A stretch of 64,000 nt of DNA. Origin: an uncultured delta proteobacterium (GTDB lineage: Bacteria; Myxococcota; UBA727; VGSZ01). Location: contig CAVZJB010000004.1 in the NCBI GenBank assembly GCA_963775425.1, positions 288,001 to 352,000 of the forward strand. The letters are read 5' to 3'. Under the pieces are notes generated by a model. That model searched no databases. It was given only the letters and a program-made list of their open reading frames with translations, and was not told the origin of the DNA. Position 1 is the stretch's first letter. Every line of letters begins with the position of its first letter. The position numbers and the translations under genes are program-made. Positions 27,088 through 37,863 of the stretch are shown here, piece by piece.

Positions 27088-28359
27088 TCAGTGCCGGGCG
27101 ACGACGCCGCCGGTGCGGGCGTCTTCGGGGTGCAGGTTGAAGTAGCGCTTGAGCGTGAGCTTGGCGATGTCGAGCGCGCGCGCGTACCACTCCCACTCGT
27201 CGTTCACCATGGCGACGGCGATCGCGATCTTGGGATCGTGCGCCGGCGCGGTGCCGACGAACCAGGTGTAGTCGAGGCCGCCGGTGCCGGGGCGGCCCCG
27301 GTGGTCGGTCAACGTGCCGGTCTTTCCGGCGACGGCGACGGTGGTGAACGGCCGATAGCCGCGCTCCGTCGTAGAGAACGCGCGCGCGGCGGTGCCGTGG
27401 TCCACGGTGGCCGTCATCATCTCCTGCAGCGCGGTGGCCGTGTCCTCGTCGACGACGCGCACGGCCTCGATGCGATCGGGCGCCTCCTCGCCCTCCACCG
27501 AGGCGATGAGGTGCGGCGGCACGAGCACGCCGCCGTTGCCGGCGATGGCGGCGAGCACCGCTCCGTGAAGCGCCGAGAGCTTCACATCGCCGAAGCCCGC
27601 GGCGGTCTTGGCGAAGGCGAACTCGTCGCCGGTGGGGATGTCCGCGTGCGACGGCACCACCTCGAAGTCGACCGGCAGCGCGCGGTCGAAGAAGAAGCGC
27701 GTGGCCTCCGCGCGCAGCAGCTCGGGCGTCAGGTGGCGCGCGGCCAGCTTGGCCATGGCGACGTTGCGCGAGTACGGGAGCACGTCGGCGAACTTCAGGC
27801 AGCGGCCGCCGCCCGAGTGGAGGTTCTCCGGCTTGAGCCGCGTCTTGCCTCCTGCGCCGCAGACCTCCTCCGAGAGCGAGACGCCTTGTCGCAACAGCGC
27901 CGCCGCCGAGATGATCTTGAAGACGCTCGCCGCCTTGGCGAGCGGGCGGGTGCCTTCGCCCGCCATGCCGGGCTCGCGCTCGGAGTGCTCCGCGAGGGCG
28001 ATGATGGCGCCCGTCTTGATGTCGAACACCACGCTCGCGCCCCACTGCGGCCGGGTCAGGCGGAGGTCGTTTTCCAGCGGCTCCTGCAGCGCCGGCTCCA
28101 GCGTCAACGTCGCCGTGCCGTTGCCGAACGGCGCCTTGTAGACGTGCGCCGCGTCGTCGAGGCGGAACGCGCCGAGCGTGGGCGGGAGCGGGACGGCGAG
28201 CGCGTACGCGCCCGGCGCGCGATACGCGCCGAAGCCCGCAGGCAGCGAGGGCTCCGCCTGGGGCGCGCACCCGCCGACGAGCGCCCCCGCGAGGACGGTG
28301 CCCGCGAGCACGTGCGCGACCAGGGATGTGCGGGAGAGGCGGTCCACGTCGAGCATCAT
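27088..28359 (-). CDS. Penicillin-binding transpeptidase-domain lipoprotein
   Basis: SxxK (ASVFK), SRN, AGKTGT, YTWFVG; lipobox-like LVGGC. Confidence 0.8.
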   Translation of the reverse strand: MMLDVDRLSRTSLVAHVLAGTVLAGALVGGCAPQAEPSLPAGFGAYRAPGAYALAVPLPPTLGAFRLDDAAHVYKAPFGNGTATLTLEPALQEPLENDLRLTRPQWGASVVFDIKTGAIIALAEHSEREPGMAGEGTRPLAKAASVFKIISAAALLRQGVSLSEEVCGAGGKTRLKPENLHSGGGRCLKFADVLPYSRNVAMAKLAARHLTPELLRAEATRFFFDRALPVDFEVVPSHADIPTGDEFAFAKTAAGFGDVKLSALHGAVLAAIAGNGGVLVPPHLIASVEGEEAPDRIEAVRVVDEDTATALQEMMTATVDHGTAARAFSTTERGYRPFTTVAVAGKTGTLTDHRGRPGTGGLDYTWFVGTAPAHDPKIAIAVAMVNDEWEWYARALDIAKLTLKRYFNLHPEDARTGGVVARH

Positions 28360-28455
28360 GCCGAATGGGCGCCCGCCGCGCCATCCCGTCCCGGCGGGCG
28401 CACCGCCGTCCGACGGGCGAGACGGCACGCTCGATTCCGTGGGAGTGTCGCGCGC

Positions 28456-30606
28456 ATGGTGAAGTGTCTCGCCACCCTCCTCCTCGTCGCCGGTGCCGCC
28501 GGCCCCACCTCGACGTCCCCGACGCGCGGCGTCGCCCGCAGCACGTGGGCGGCGGCCGAGCGCGCAACTTGCAGTGAGAGGCCCGCGCCGGCGCCCGTGC
28601 TCGTGGAGAAACCCGTGGATCCCAAGCCCGTCATCGCCGCGCTCGTGGAGAAATTCGGTGCCTCCCAGCGAGCGCGGATCACGCGCGGGGTGACGCAGGT
28701 GGCGTCGCTGTGGCGGGCGAGCGACGGCGACATGCAGGCCTTCTGCCTCGAGCAGTTCATCGCGGACGCCCAGACGCTCGACGCCACCTTCGACCGCTTC
28801 GAGAGCACCTTCGAGCAGATCGACGGACACTTCCTCGAGATCGGACGGGCATCGCGCTGGGCGCAGGACGTCGACGTCGGGCCCCTGTTGCCGGTGGACG
28901 AGCGCTTCGCCGCCTGGGACGCGAGCGCCCACGTCCTCGACGACATGTTCGACACCCGGATCGCGTTCATCGCCCTGTTGAACTTCCCGCTCAGCACGCT
29001 CGACGAGCGGATCAAGGACGGCGCAACGTGGACGCGGCGGCAGTGGGCGGAGGCGCGCCTCACCAACCGCTTCGCGCGCAGGGTCCCGGCCGAGGTGAAC
29101 AAGAAGGCGGCGGAGACGGCGCAGGCGGCCGACAAGTACATCAACACCTACTACCTGTGGCTGCACCACGTGCTCGACGCCGACGGGCACCGCGTCTTCC
29201 CCAAGGGGAAGCACATGATCTCGCATTGGAACCTGCGTGACGAGCTCAAGGCGCAGTATGCCAACGGCGCCGACGGCGCCAATCGTCAGCGCGTCATCGT
29301 CAAGCTGATGGAGCGCATCGTCACGCAGACCATCCCGGCCGACGTCGTGAACAACCCCCGCCTCGACTACAACCCGTTCACGGGCTCGGTCACGCCGTCG
29401 CCGCCCGGGGAGATTGAGACGGAGGCGCGGCCGCCCGAGCGCGCGCACGTCGAGGGGCGCGAGCCCGATACGCGTTACGCCGAGCTGCTCGCGCAGTTCG
29501 AAGCGTACAAGGCCGCGGACCCGTACTCGCCCACCATGCCCACCGCCATCCAGCGCGCGTTCGAGCTCGGGCGTGAGATGCCCGAGGCGCGCGTGAAGAA
29601 GCTCCTCGAGGACGTGCTGTCGTCGCCGCTGGTGCCCAAGGTCGCCGCGGAGATCAAGCGGCGCCTCGGGCGGCCGCTCGAGCCGCAGGACCTCTGGTAC
29701 GACGGCTTCAAGGCGCGCTCGTCCATCTCCGAGGACAAGCTCGACGCCATCACCAAGAAGCGCTACCCGAACGCCGAAGCGTACCGAAAGGACATGCCGC
29801 GCATCTTCGAGAAGCTCGGCTTCACGCGGCACAAGGCCAAGGAGCTGGCGGCGCACATCCTCGTCGACCCCGCGCGCGGCCCCGGCCACGCGATGCAGGC
29901 CGCGCGGCGCGGCGACCTCCCGCACCTGCGCACGCGCATCGAGCCGAGCGGCATGACGTACAAGGGCTTCAACATCGCGGTCCACGAGATGGGCCACAAC
30001 GTCGAGCAATATTTCTCACTGTACGAGGTGGACCACACGCTGCTCGCGGGCGTCCCCAACAACGCGTTCACCGAGGCCATCGCCTTCGTGTTCCAGGCGC
30101 GCGACCTGGAGCTCCTCGGCATCAAGGACAAGGACGCCGCCGTCACGCAGCGCGAGAAGACCCTCTCCGACTTCTGGTCGACGTACGAGATCGCCGGCGT
30201 CGCGCTCGTCGACGTCGCCGTATGGCATTGGATGTACGAGCACCCGAAGGCCACGCCGGCCGAGCTGCGCGACGCCGTCAACAGCATCGCCGTCGACACC
30301 TGGCGCAAGTACTACGCGCCGGTGCTCGGCGGCGGCGACTCGCCGCTGCTCGGCATCTACTCGCACATGATCGCGTACCCGCTCTATCTCGCCGACTATC
30401 CGCTCGGGTACCTCATCGCGTTTCAGATCGGCGAACAGATCGACACCGCGCGCAAGCACGGCAAGCGCTTCGGCGACGAGATCGAGCGCATCGCCAGGTT
30501 CGGCAACGTCGCCCCCGACCTGTGGATGGAGCACGCTTCGGGCAAGCCGGTCACGGCGGAGCCGATGCTCCACGCGGTGGAGCGGGCGCTCGCGTCGCTG
30601 CACTGA
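28456..30606 (+). CDS. Exported gluzincin (M3-like) metallopeptidase, uncharacterised
   Basis: Signal peptide; VHEMGH then NNAFTEA (third-ligand Glu); YSHMI..YLADY. Confidence 0.65.
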   Translation: MVKCLATLLLVAGAAGPTSTSPTRGVARSTWAAAERATCSERPAPAPVLVEKPVDPKPVIAALVEKFGASQRARITRGVTQVASLWRASDGDMQAFCLEQFIADAQTLDATFDRFESTFEQIDGHFLEIGRASRWAQDVDVGPLLPVDERFAAWDASAHVLDDMFDTRIAFIALLNFPLSTLDERIKDGATWTRRQWAEARLTNRFARRVPAEVNKKAAETAQAADKYINTYYLWLHHVLDADGHRVFPKGKHMISHWNLRDELKAQYANGADGANRQRVIVKLMERIVTQTIPADVVNNPRLDYNPFTGSVTPSPPGEIETEARPPERAHVEGREPDTRYAELLAQFEAYKAADPYSPTMPTAIQRAFELGREMPEARVKKLLEDVLSSPLVPKVAAEIKRRLGRPLEPQDLWYDGFKARSSISEDKLDAITKKRYPNAEAYRKDMPRIFEKLGFTRHKAKELAAHILVDPARGPGHAMQAARRGDLPHLRTRIEPSGMTYKGFNIAVHEMGHNVEQYFSLYEVDHTLLAGVPNNAFTEAIAFVFQARDLELLGIKDKDAAVTQREKTLSDFWSTYEIAGVALVDVAVWHWMYEHPKATPAELRDAVNSIAVDTWRKYYAPVLGGGDSPLLGIYSHMIAYPLYLADYPLGYLIAFQIGEQIDTARKHGKRFGDEIERIARFGNVAPDLWMEHASGKPVTAEPMLHAVERALASLH

Positions 30607-30622
30607 AGACACGCGTCGGCGA

Positions 30623-30669
30623 CGGAGGGAGCGGCGCGCCCGTCAGGGATGGCAGCGCTGACTCAGCGC
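30623..30669. repeat. Dispersed copy of the motifs of the 168-346 array
   Basis: CGGAGGGAGCGGC (30623-30635) and GCGCTGACTCAGCGC (30655-30669) at another convergent junction. Confidence 0.7.
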
Positions 30670-31805
30670 CGGGCTTCGAGGCGCTGGAGCATCTTGGCGT
30701 AGGACAAGAGCGCCTCCGACGGGGTCAGCGGATGATCGTCGATGGTGTCCTCGACGAGCGGCAGCGGCGCCGCCGCCGGCTCCTCCGGCTCCACCTCTTC
30801 GAGCAACAGCGGCGCGTCGGCGACGGTGCAGGCGACGTCGGCGACGCCGGTGGTCTGCAGGCGGGCCTCTTCGCCGAAGATCGCGACGGCGCGCGCCATC
30901 AGGCTCTTTTCGTCGACGCCCACGCCGTCGGATGGCGGGCCGACGGCCTTGGCGACGGCGGTGGCGGCGAGGGCGTCCACCTCGGCGGCGGGCGCGATTT
31001 GCTTTTCGAGCATCGCGAACAGCGCGGCGGCGTCGCGCGCGCGGCGCGGGCGCTCGTCGGGGCGGAGCCGCAGGAGCTGTGCGATGGCGCGCTGCATACG
31101 GCCGTCGACGATCTCGCCGACCTCGAGCAGCATCGCCTTGCCGGAGATGATGGCGTGGATGGCGGCGGCGGCCGCGCCCTTGAGCGCCTCTCTGCCGCGA
31201 AGCCCCTCCCACAACACGATGCCGAGCGACCACAGGTCGGTCTGCGCCGAGTGCTCACCGTCGCCGAACAGCTCCGGCGCGAGGTAGCGCAGCGTGCCGC
31301 GCACGCTGCCCGTGTCGGTGCGCTCGGCGCGCGACTCGCGCGAGCGCGCGATGCCGAGATCGATGAGGCGCGCCTTGCCATCGTGGCCGAGCATCACGTT
31401 GCTGGCGGTGACGTCGCGATGGAGCATGAAGAGCGGGCGCCCGTGCTCGTCGGTGGCGTGGTGGATGGCGTCGAGCGCCTCGGCGATCTGGCGGCCGACG
31501 CGACAGACCACGCCGGGCGGCAGGGGCCCGCTCTTGCGCAGGTCGAAGAGCGACGCGCCGGAGACGTACGCGGTCACCAGCGCCGGCCGGCCGGCGACGT
31601 CGATGAGATCGAGCGTCTCGACGATGTGCGGGTGCAGCAGCCGCATTCCGACGCGCGCTTCGTCGCGCAGCCGCTCGTCGTCCTCGCGCGCGTGCGCCTG
31701 CTTGATGACGACGAGCTGGCCAGCCAAAGAACGCGCGAGCGTCAAGCGGCCCATGCCGCCGGACGAGAGATCGCCGATCACATCGTATTTGCCCGCGATC
31801 CGCAT
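30663..31805 (-). CDS. Hanks-type Ser/Thr protein kinase
   Basis: GGMG, VVIKQ, LHPHIV, HRDVTASN, DLG, GTLRYLAPE, DLWSLG. Confidence 0.9.
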   Translation of the reverse strand: MRIAGKYDVIGDLSSGGMGRLTLARSLAGQLVVIKQAHAREDDERLRDEARVGMRLLHPHIVETLDLIDVAGRPALVTAYVSGASLFDLRKSGPLPPGVVCRVGRQIAEALDAIHHATDEHGRPLFMLHRDVTASNVMLGHDGKARLIDLGIARSRESRAERTDTGSVRGTLRYLAPELFGDGEHSAQTDLWSLGIVLWEGLRGREALKGAAAAAIHAIISGKAMLLEVGEIVDGRMQRAIAQLLRLRPDERPRRARDAAALFAMLEKQIAPAAEVDALAATAVAKAVGPPSDGVGVDEKSLMARAVAIFGEEARLQTTGVADVACTVADAPLLLEEVEPEEPAAAPLPLVEDTIDDHPLTPSEALLSYAKMLQRLEARR

Positions 31806-31956
31806 CTTGTTGAACGCTAACGGTCCGCGCGCGACCTTGCTCCTCGCGAGACACCTCTTCCGTCACAATTGCGACCGGAGCGAGCCGCCTCGGTCGAATT
31901 GACGATCGCGTGAGACACCCGCGCACATCCGCGTAGGCCTCCGCGGCGGCGGTGGC

Positions 31957-32451
31957 TCAGCCGCGGAGCCGCGCGATGTCGACGACGATGAACAGGCCCG
32001 ACGACGACGCGGCGGTGCTGCCGTCGGGCAGGAAGAGCCGGGCGCTCGTCTCCACCCGCCGCCCCTCCACCCGACCCACCAGCGCCTCGAACGTGGCCAT
32101 GGTCAGCAAGGGCACCGGCCGCTTGAAGTCGACCTCGATCTTCGCCGCGACCACGCGGTGGCCGGCGAGCCAGGCGCCGCTGCCCATGACGTCGTCGAGG
32201 ACCGCGGCGATGGAGCCGCCGTGCGCGTGGCGGGGCGGCCCCTCGCACGCGGGACCGAACCACGCGCGGCCGACCATGGCGCCGTCGGCGTCGCGCATGA
32301 AGTGAGCGACCCGGAGCGCCTGGCCCTCGGCCTTGGCCACGAACGATGTCGCGAAGCCCGCGCCGCTCAGCGACTCCCGCCGCGGCAGGAGCGTCCAGCC
32401 CGGGTGCGGGGCGTCGACGTTCAGCTCGGGCTCGCTCGTCTCTCCGGCCAT
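31957..32451 (-). CDS. PaaI/hotdog thioesterase
   Basis: EGPPRHAHGGSIAAVLDDVMG, VDFKRPVP; start ATG 32451 with SD. Confidence 0.85.
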   Translation of the reverse strand: MAGETSEPELNVDAPHPGWTLLPRRESLSGAGFATSFVAKAEGQALRVAHFMRDADGAMVGRAWFGPACEGPPRHAHGGSIAAVLDDVMGSGAWLAGHRVVAAKIEVDFKRPVPLLTMATFEALVGRVEGRRVETSARLFLPDGSTAASSSGLFIVVDIARLRG

Positions 32452-32462
32452 GCTCTCCCCCT

Positions 32463-33746
32463 TCAACCATCCGCCGGCACGCCGTCGAGCGCGCTCTGCG
32501 CCCGCCAGAAGCGGGCGGGGCGCCGGCGCGCCCCCGGCGTCTCGACGGCCGCGCGCCACGCGTCCACCGCCGAGCGGTGCTCCTGCCACAGGCCCTCGTC
32601 GTCGGCGCCGTCGGCGAGCGCCCGCGCCTCGAGCGCGTCAGCCTGCGCGCGGACCGCGGGGAAGCGCGACCAGTCCGACAGCAGCAGCCGATGCAGGCGC
32701 TCGTGACGCCACCACAGGGAGTCCACGTCGTAGCCCGCGCCCGGCACCGGCCCGTACGCGCGCGCCGCGCTCCCCTCCGCGCCGGACGCGCCCGGCAAAA
32801 AAACCGGCTTGAACACGCTCAGGCACGGGCTCGAGGTCCCCGTCAGCCACACGCGCGGCCCCGTCGGGGTCCGCTGCGGTCCGGCCAACTGCGTGATGAG
32901 CGAGCCCGTCGTCTGCCCCGCGGTCCTCGTCGGCAAGCCGGCGGCGTGGGCGCACGGCATCGACATCACCAGGCCTTCGCGCGGGACGTGCCCGGCGTGG
33001 TCGCGCAGCGCGCGCGCCATCTCGGCGACCGACGGGCCCGCCAGGCGCGCCGTGCACGCCGCGCGCGTCGACGCCCCCGCGAGCGCCGCCATCGTGCGGC
33101 GGCCGAAGGCGCCCGCGAAGTCGCGCGGGCCGCCGTCGTCGACGAGGTCGGCGGCGCGGATGGTCAGCGCGTTCGAGATCGATCGCACCGTGAACGCCGG
33201 CACCGGGGCCGTCACCGCGGCCGACGCGGTCGTCGACGGCGGCGCCACGCGCTCGGCGGCGAAGCGACGCCCGGCCGTCTCCAGCACCCACGCCTCCGCG
33301 CCGTCGGCCACGAGGAACGACGACGAGTAGGAGAAACCCTCATGGCGATAGCCCATGCGGCCGCCCTGCCCGTGCGCACGCAGGAGCGCGGTCATGACGT
33401 CGACGGCTTCGCGCGCGCTCGTCGCGCGCTCGAGCGCCAGGCGCAGCAGGTCCATGCCGGTGAGCCCGACCGCGTCGAGCTTCTCCGTCGTGAACACGGC
33501 CTCGTTGCCGATGGCCACGCCGCGCTCGTTCACGCCCATCTCCGCGCCCCACATCCAAAACGGCCGCGAGAGGATGACGCCGAACGTCTCCTCGACGTCG
33601 TCGATCTCCACGTGCGTGCAGCGCACCCGCCCGCCGCGGCGCTGGCGCGCAACGCGCTCCACCACCTGCGCCTCTCCGGGCTCGCGGTCGCTGTTCTTCG
33701 CGAGCCACACGCCCGTGGGCCCGACGGTGACGACGGTGTCGCACAT
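32463..33746 (-). CDS. Secernin/peptidase C69-like Ntn hydrolase
   Basis: MCDT N-terminal Cys, AKNSDRE, WMWGAEMGVNERGVAIGNEAVFT, GMDLLRLALER. Confidence 0.88.
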   Translation of the reverse strand: MCDTVVTVGPTGVWLAKNSDREPGEAQVVERVARQRRGGRVRCTHVEIDDVEETFGVILSRPFWMWGAEMGVNERGVAIGNEAVFTTEKLDAVGLTGMDLLRLALERATSAREAVDVMTALLRAHGQGGRMGYRHEGFSYSSSFLVADGAEAWVLETAGRRFAAERVAPPSTTASAAVTAPVPAFTVRSISNALTIRAADLVDDGGPRDFAGAFGRRTMAALAGASTRAACTARLAGPSVAEMARALRDHAGHVPREGLVMSMPCAHAAGLPTRTAGQTTGSLITQLAGPQRTPTGPRVWLTGTSSPCLSVFKPVFLPGASGAEGSAARAYGPVPGAGYDVDSLWWRHERLHRLLLSDWSRFPAVRAQADALEARALADGADDEGLWQEHRSAVDAWRAAVETPGARRRPARFWRAQSALDGVPADG

Positions 33747-34984
33747 CAGGGCGTGGTGCTCGAGTCGATGATGCGGAAGTCGCCTGAGTCGACGGTGACG
33801 TCGAGTGCAGCGCCGAAACTGCTCTCGCAGTGCATGGACACGAGATCGCCGTCCACGCTGAATCCGCAGGCGCTGGACGTGATGTCGTTGTCCAGGAGGA
33901 ACCCCTGCAGCGTGGGGTCCTTCCACGCGGCGCGGAAGGTGCCGAGGCGCAGCGGGCGGGCGTTGGGATCGGCGATGACGACGAACGTCACGAACGGGTC
34001 GTCGCTCGAAAAGCACGCCACGATCCGGGTGTCCACGACGAGGCCGTCGTCGGGGCGGATGACGGCAGCCGCGTTCTGGAAGTGGGTGAGGGCCTGGTCG
34101 AGGAAGGCCTGCATGACATCCGGCCCGACGAGCGCTGCGCGCGCCAGCATGGCCTGGTCGAGGAGCGGCAGCGTGAGCTTCTCGTCGTCGACGACGAACG
34201 TGGTGGCGAACCGCCCGGCGCGCAACACGCACTCCGCCGCCTGCGGGACCGCGCACGACGGGAACGTGCCGGGGTACGGACACGTCTGCCGCGTGGCGGC
34301 GTCGAACGGCACGGATGCGACCACCAGCGTGGGCAAGAGCCCGTCCGCCGACGCCGCCGTGAGCGCGTCGCACGACGGCGTGTCGAGCGGCGCGCGCGAC
34401 ACCTGGAAGCCGAGCGCGCCCTCCACCGCGCGGTCCACCACGCCGATGTCGGAGCCGGGAACGGCGCCGAGCACGATTGTGTTCCGGCGCGGGTCCTGTT
34501 GCATGGCGACGGCGTTGGCGGCGGCGACCTCCCCGAGCGTCAGCTTGTCCTGCTGCGCGAAGTCCGTGTACAGGCGCGTGTACTCGTCGAGGGACAGGCC
34601 GTTGTCGACCACGTCCGCGCTCCGCTCCAGGTCCCGCGTGCGCGCGTCGAGACAGACACCCGCGACGCACGCGTCGGCGCCGGGGCAGCGGCACGCCGCG
34701 CAGTCGTAGCCCGGCGGGGAGCCGTCGCCGGCGCAGACGTACGGGCCGTCGCAGTCGCCGGCGGCGCACGTCGTCGACCACGGCGTCGCGCATGCGTCGC
34801 CGGGCGCGCCGCCGCACGTGCCGAAGGTGCAGCCGGTATCGACGCAGCAATTGTCCTCGGTCTCACCGTCGTCGACGGCGCCATCGCCGCAACGCGCCGC
34901 GGGGTCCGGGCATGCCGCCGCGAGCGTCGCGATGAGCGGGAGCGCGAGCGCCGAACGTGCCTGGACGAAGCGGGTTCGCGTCAC
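33746..34984 (-). CDS. Cys-rich lipoprotein (myxobacterial CGDG-type repeat)
   Basis: Lipobox LAAAC; [21 protein letters not shown]; TGATG coupling to the downstream gene; GTG start is approximate. Confidence 0.7.
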   Translation of the reverse strand: MTRTRFVQARSALALPLIATLAAACPDPAARCGDGAVDDGETEDNCCVDTGCTFGTCGGAPGDACATPWSTTCAAGDCDGPYVCAGDGSPPGYDCAACRCPGADACVAGVCLDARTRDLERSADVVDNGLSLDEYTRLYTDFAQQDKLTLGEVAAANAVAMQQDPRRNTIVLGAVPGSDIGVVDRAVEGALGFQVSRAPLDTPSCDALTAASADGLLPTLVVASVPFDAATRQTCPYPGTFPSCAVPQAAECVLRAGRFATTFVVDDEKLTLPLLDQAMLARAALVGPDVMQAFLDQALTHFQNAAAVIRPDDGLVVDTRIVACFSSDDPFVTFVVIADPNARPLRLGTFRAAWKDPTLQGFLLDNDITSSACGFSVDGDLVSMHCESSFGAALDVTVDSGDFRIIDSSTTP

Positions 34985-35008
34985 GCCGCGAGATGCTACA
35001 CGAGCCCC

Positions 35009-37093
35009 ATGCGCACGCGCCACGTCGTCGACGGAAAGCCGAAGTACACGAACGCGCTCGCGCGCGAGACCAGCCCGTACCTGTTGCAACACGCGCACAA
35101 CCCCGTGAGCTGGCGCGCGTGGAACGACGAGACCCTCGCGGAGGCCAGGAAGCTCGACAAGCCCGTGTTCCTCTCCATCGGCTACTCCACCTGCCACTGG
35201 TGCCACGTGATGGAGGAGGAGAGCTTCGAAGACGAGGAGATCGCCGAGGCCGTCAACGCGGGCTTCATCCCCATCAAGGTGGACCGCGAGGAGCGCCCCG
35301 ACGTCGACGGCATCTACATGACGGCGGTGCAGGCGCTCACCGGTCACGGCGGCTGGCCGATGACGGTGTTCATGACGCCCGACGGAAAGCCGTTCTTCGC
35401 CGGCACCTACTTCCCCGCGCGCGACGGGGACCGCGGCGCGCGTTTGGGGTTCTTGTCCATCGTGCGCCGCCTCGACGAGGCGTGGCGCACGGAGCGCGAG
35501 CGCGTCACCGGCTCCGCCGAGGAGATCACCTCCGAGCTGCAGAAGCTCATGCGGCCGCTCGCGCCCACGGACCTGCCGCCGCTCGCGGTGGTGGACCACG
35601 CCGTCCGCTTCTACGCCGGCCGCTACGACCCCGCTTGGGGCGGCCTCGCGCCCGCGCCCAAGTTCCCGAGCTCGCTGCCCATCCGCGTGATGCTGAGACA
35701 CCACGCGCGCACCGGTGACGCGAGCTCACTCGAGATGGCGGCGACGACGTTCGCGAAGATGGCCGACGGCGGCATCCACGACCAGGTGGGCGGCGGCTTT
35801 CACCGCTACTCCACCGACGACCGCTGGCTCGTTCCCCACTTCGAAAAGATGCTCTACGACAACGCGCTGCTCGTCGCCGCCGGCGTGGAGCTTTGGCAGG
35901 TCACGGGCGATGCGCGCGTCGAACGCGTGGTGCGCGACACCCTTGCGTACGTCGAGCGCGACATGACGTCGCCGCCGGGCGCCTTCTTCTCCGCCACCGA
36001 CGCAGACAGCCTCTCCCCCGAGGGAAAGCGCGAGGAGGGCTTCTACTTCACGTGGACGCCCGAGGAGCTCGAGGCCGAGCTCGGCGAGGAGCGCGCGCGC
36101 ACGTGCATGGACGCATGGGGCGTGACGGCGGGAGGAAACTTCGAGGGGCGGTCCATCCTGTGGCGGCCGCACCCGAGCACGATCACGCCGGACATCGAGC
36201 GGGTCCTCGACGAGGCCAGGCCGCTCCTGTTGCGCGCGCGCAACGAGCGTCCGCTGCCGCTGCGCGACGAGAAGGTTCTGTGCGGCTGGAACGGCCTCAT
36301 GATCTCGGCGTTCGCCCGCGCCGGCTTCGCCTTCGACGAGCCGCGCTTCGTCGACGTGGCGGCGCGCGCCGCGCGCTTTGTCCTCGAGCACATGCGCGGC
36401 GAGAACGGCCGGCTCATGCGCACGTTCAAGGACGGCGTCGCGCGGAACGCGGGCACGCTCGACGACCACGCCTTCTTCCTGCAGGGGCTGCTCGACTTGT
36501 TCGAGGCCGGCGGCGATCCGCGCTTCCTTGACGAGGCGCGCGCGCTCGAGCGCGTGGTCGCGCTCGCGTTCGAGGACGTGGCGCGCGGAGGCTTCTTCCT
36601 CACCGCGGCCGACGGCGAGCCGCTCCTCGCGCGCGAGAAGCCCGCGCACGACGGCGCCGAGCCCAGCGGCAACTCCGTCCACGCGCTGAACCTCGCGCGT
36701 CTCGCGGCGCTCCTCGACGACGACGCCATGCGCACGCGCGCCGAGCGGACGGTGCAGGCCTTCGGGCAGGTCCTCGCGCGGCACCCGGGCGCGCTGTCGG
36801 AGATGCTCCTGGCCGTCGACATGTTGCACGCCGTCCCCAGGGAGATCGTCCTCGTCGCCCCGGCGACTCCCGAGGCCGGGGACGCGATGCGCGCGCTGCT
36901 CGCCCCGCTGCGCCGCGCGTTCCTCCCGAACCGCGTGATCGTCCAAGCCCCCGAGTCGGGCGGCCCCGCGCAGCTCGCGCTCCTCGAGGGCCGCGTCGCC
37001 GTCGACGGCAAGCCGACGGCGTACGTGTGCGAGCGCCGCGCGTGCAAGCTCCCCGCAACCACGCCCGACGCCCTCGCCGCCCGCTTGCGCTGA
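35009..37093 (+). CDS. YyaL/SSP411 (DUF255) thioredoxin plus six-hairpin glycosidase-like protein
   Basis: [58 protein letters not shown]. Confidence 0.93.
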   Translation: MRTRHVVDGKPKYTNALARETSPYLLQHAHNPVSWRAWNDETLAEARKLDKPVFLSIGYSTCHWCHVMEEESFEDEEIAEAVNAGFIPIKVDREERPDVDGIYMTAVQALTGHGGWPMTVFMTPDGKPFFAGTYFPARDGDRGARLGFLSIVRRLDEAWRTERERVTGSAEEITSELQKLMRPLAPTDLPPLAVVDHAVRFYAGRYDPAWGGLAPAPKFPSSLPIRVMLRHHARTGDASSLEMAATTFAKMADGGIHDQVGGGFHRYSTDDRWLVPHFEKMLYDNALLVAAGVELWQVTGDARVERVVRDTLAYVERDMTSPPGAFFSATDADSLSPEGKREEGFYFTWTPEELEAELGEERARTCMDAWGVTAGGNFEGRSILWRPHPSTITPDIERVLDEARPLLLRARNERPLPLRDEKVLCGWNGLMISAFARAGFAFDEPRFVDVAARAARFVLEHMRGENGRLMRTFKDGVARNAGTLDDHAFFLQGLLDLFEAGGDPRFLDEARALERVVALAFEDVARGGFFLTAADGEPLLAREKPAHDGAEPSGNSVHALNLARLAALLDDDAMRTRAERTVQAFGQVLARHPGALSEMLLAVDMLHAVPREIVLVAPATPEAGDAMRALLAPLRRAFLPNRVIVQAPESGGPAQLALLEGRVAVDGKPTAYVCERRACKLPATTPDALAARLR

Positions 37094-37261
37094 GCGGGCC
37101 TCCCGGCCCGTATCGCACAGGTACGCACAGGTCGGTCGGCACGTCGCCGGCGGCGAAACGGATCGAGCTGTGCGCAGGTGACGGGGGAACGGCGGCCGAA
37201 CAACCGCGACGCTACACTTTGATCATTCGACGCGCCTCTTGCTCGTCGAGGAGGCGGCGTC

Positions 37262-37846
37262 ATGAGAGCGTTCGTCGTCGGGATGGCGGGATCGTTGATG
37301 TGCGCGATGGCGGCCTCGGCCACCCCGCCCGCCAGCACCCCCGCACACAAGAACGTGGAGCAGGCCGCCAAGGCGCCAGGCTTCCTCGAGATGTTCGTCG
37401 CGGGAGTCGTCCCCACGCCGGAGGGCCACACCCTGGTCCTGGTGAACCCGGACGAGCAGGTGCTGTTGCCGCTCGGCATCGGGCTCACCGAGGCGCTGTC
37501 CATCCACGGGCGCCTTGAAAAGCGCCCGTTTTCGCGACCGATGACGCACGACCTGCTCGACCACATCGTCAAAGAGCTCGGCGGCCAGATCGTGCGGGTG
37601 CAGATCGACGACGTGCGTGACGATGTCTTCGTCGGCACCATCTTCATCCGCACCGCCGGCAAGGTGATGAAGTTCGACGCGCGCCCGAGCGACGCCGTCG
37701 CCCTCGCCCTCGGCAGCCGCGTGCCCATCTACGTCGCGCGCCCCGTCGTCGACCGCGCCGCCATCCACCCCGGCGACCTCGAGGACAGCACGCCCCCCGC
37801 ATCGACTCCGGCGCCGCCGCCGCCCAAGGGCGTCCTCGCCCTGTGA
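37262..37846 (+). CDS. DUF151 bifunctional DNase/RNase (BFN) with N-terminal signal peptide
   Basis: LPLGIGLTEA, RPMTHDLL, DARPSDAVALAL..VPIYV; N-terminus MRAFVVGMAGSLMCAMAASA; SD GAGGAGG. Confidence 0.88.
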   Translation: MRAFVVGMAGSLMCAMAASATPPASTPAHKNVEQAAKAPGFLEMFVAGVVPTPEGHTLVLVNPDEQVLLPLGIGLTEALSIHGRLEKRPFSRPMTHDLLDHIVKELGGQIVRVQIDDVRDDVFVGTIFIRTAGKVMKFDARPSDAVALALGSRVPIYVARPVVDRAAIHPGDLEDSTPPASTPAPPPPKGVLAL

Positions 37847-37863
37847 TGCGTTAGCGTGGCGCC

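Noticed and set aside
32797-32803. A7 run in the C69 peptidase gene as a phase-variation tract
   Set aside because: Short, in frame, and simply encodes V-F-L
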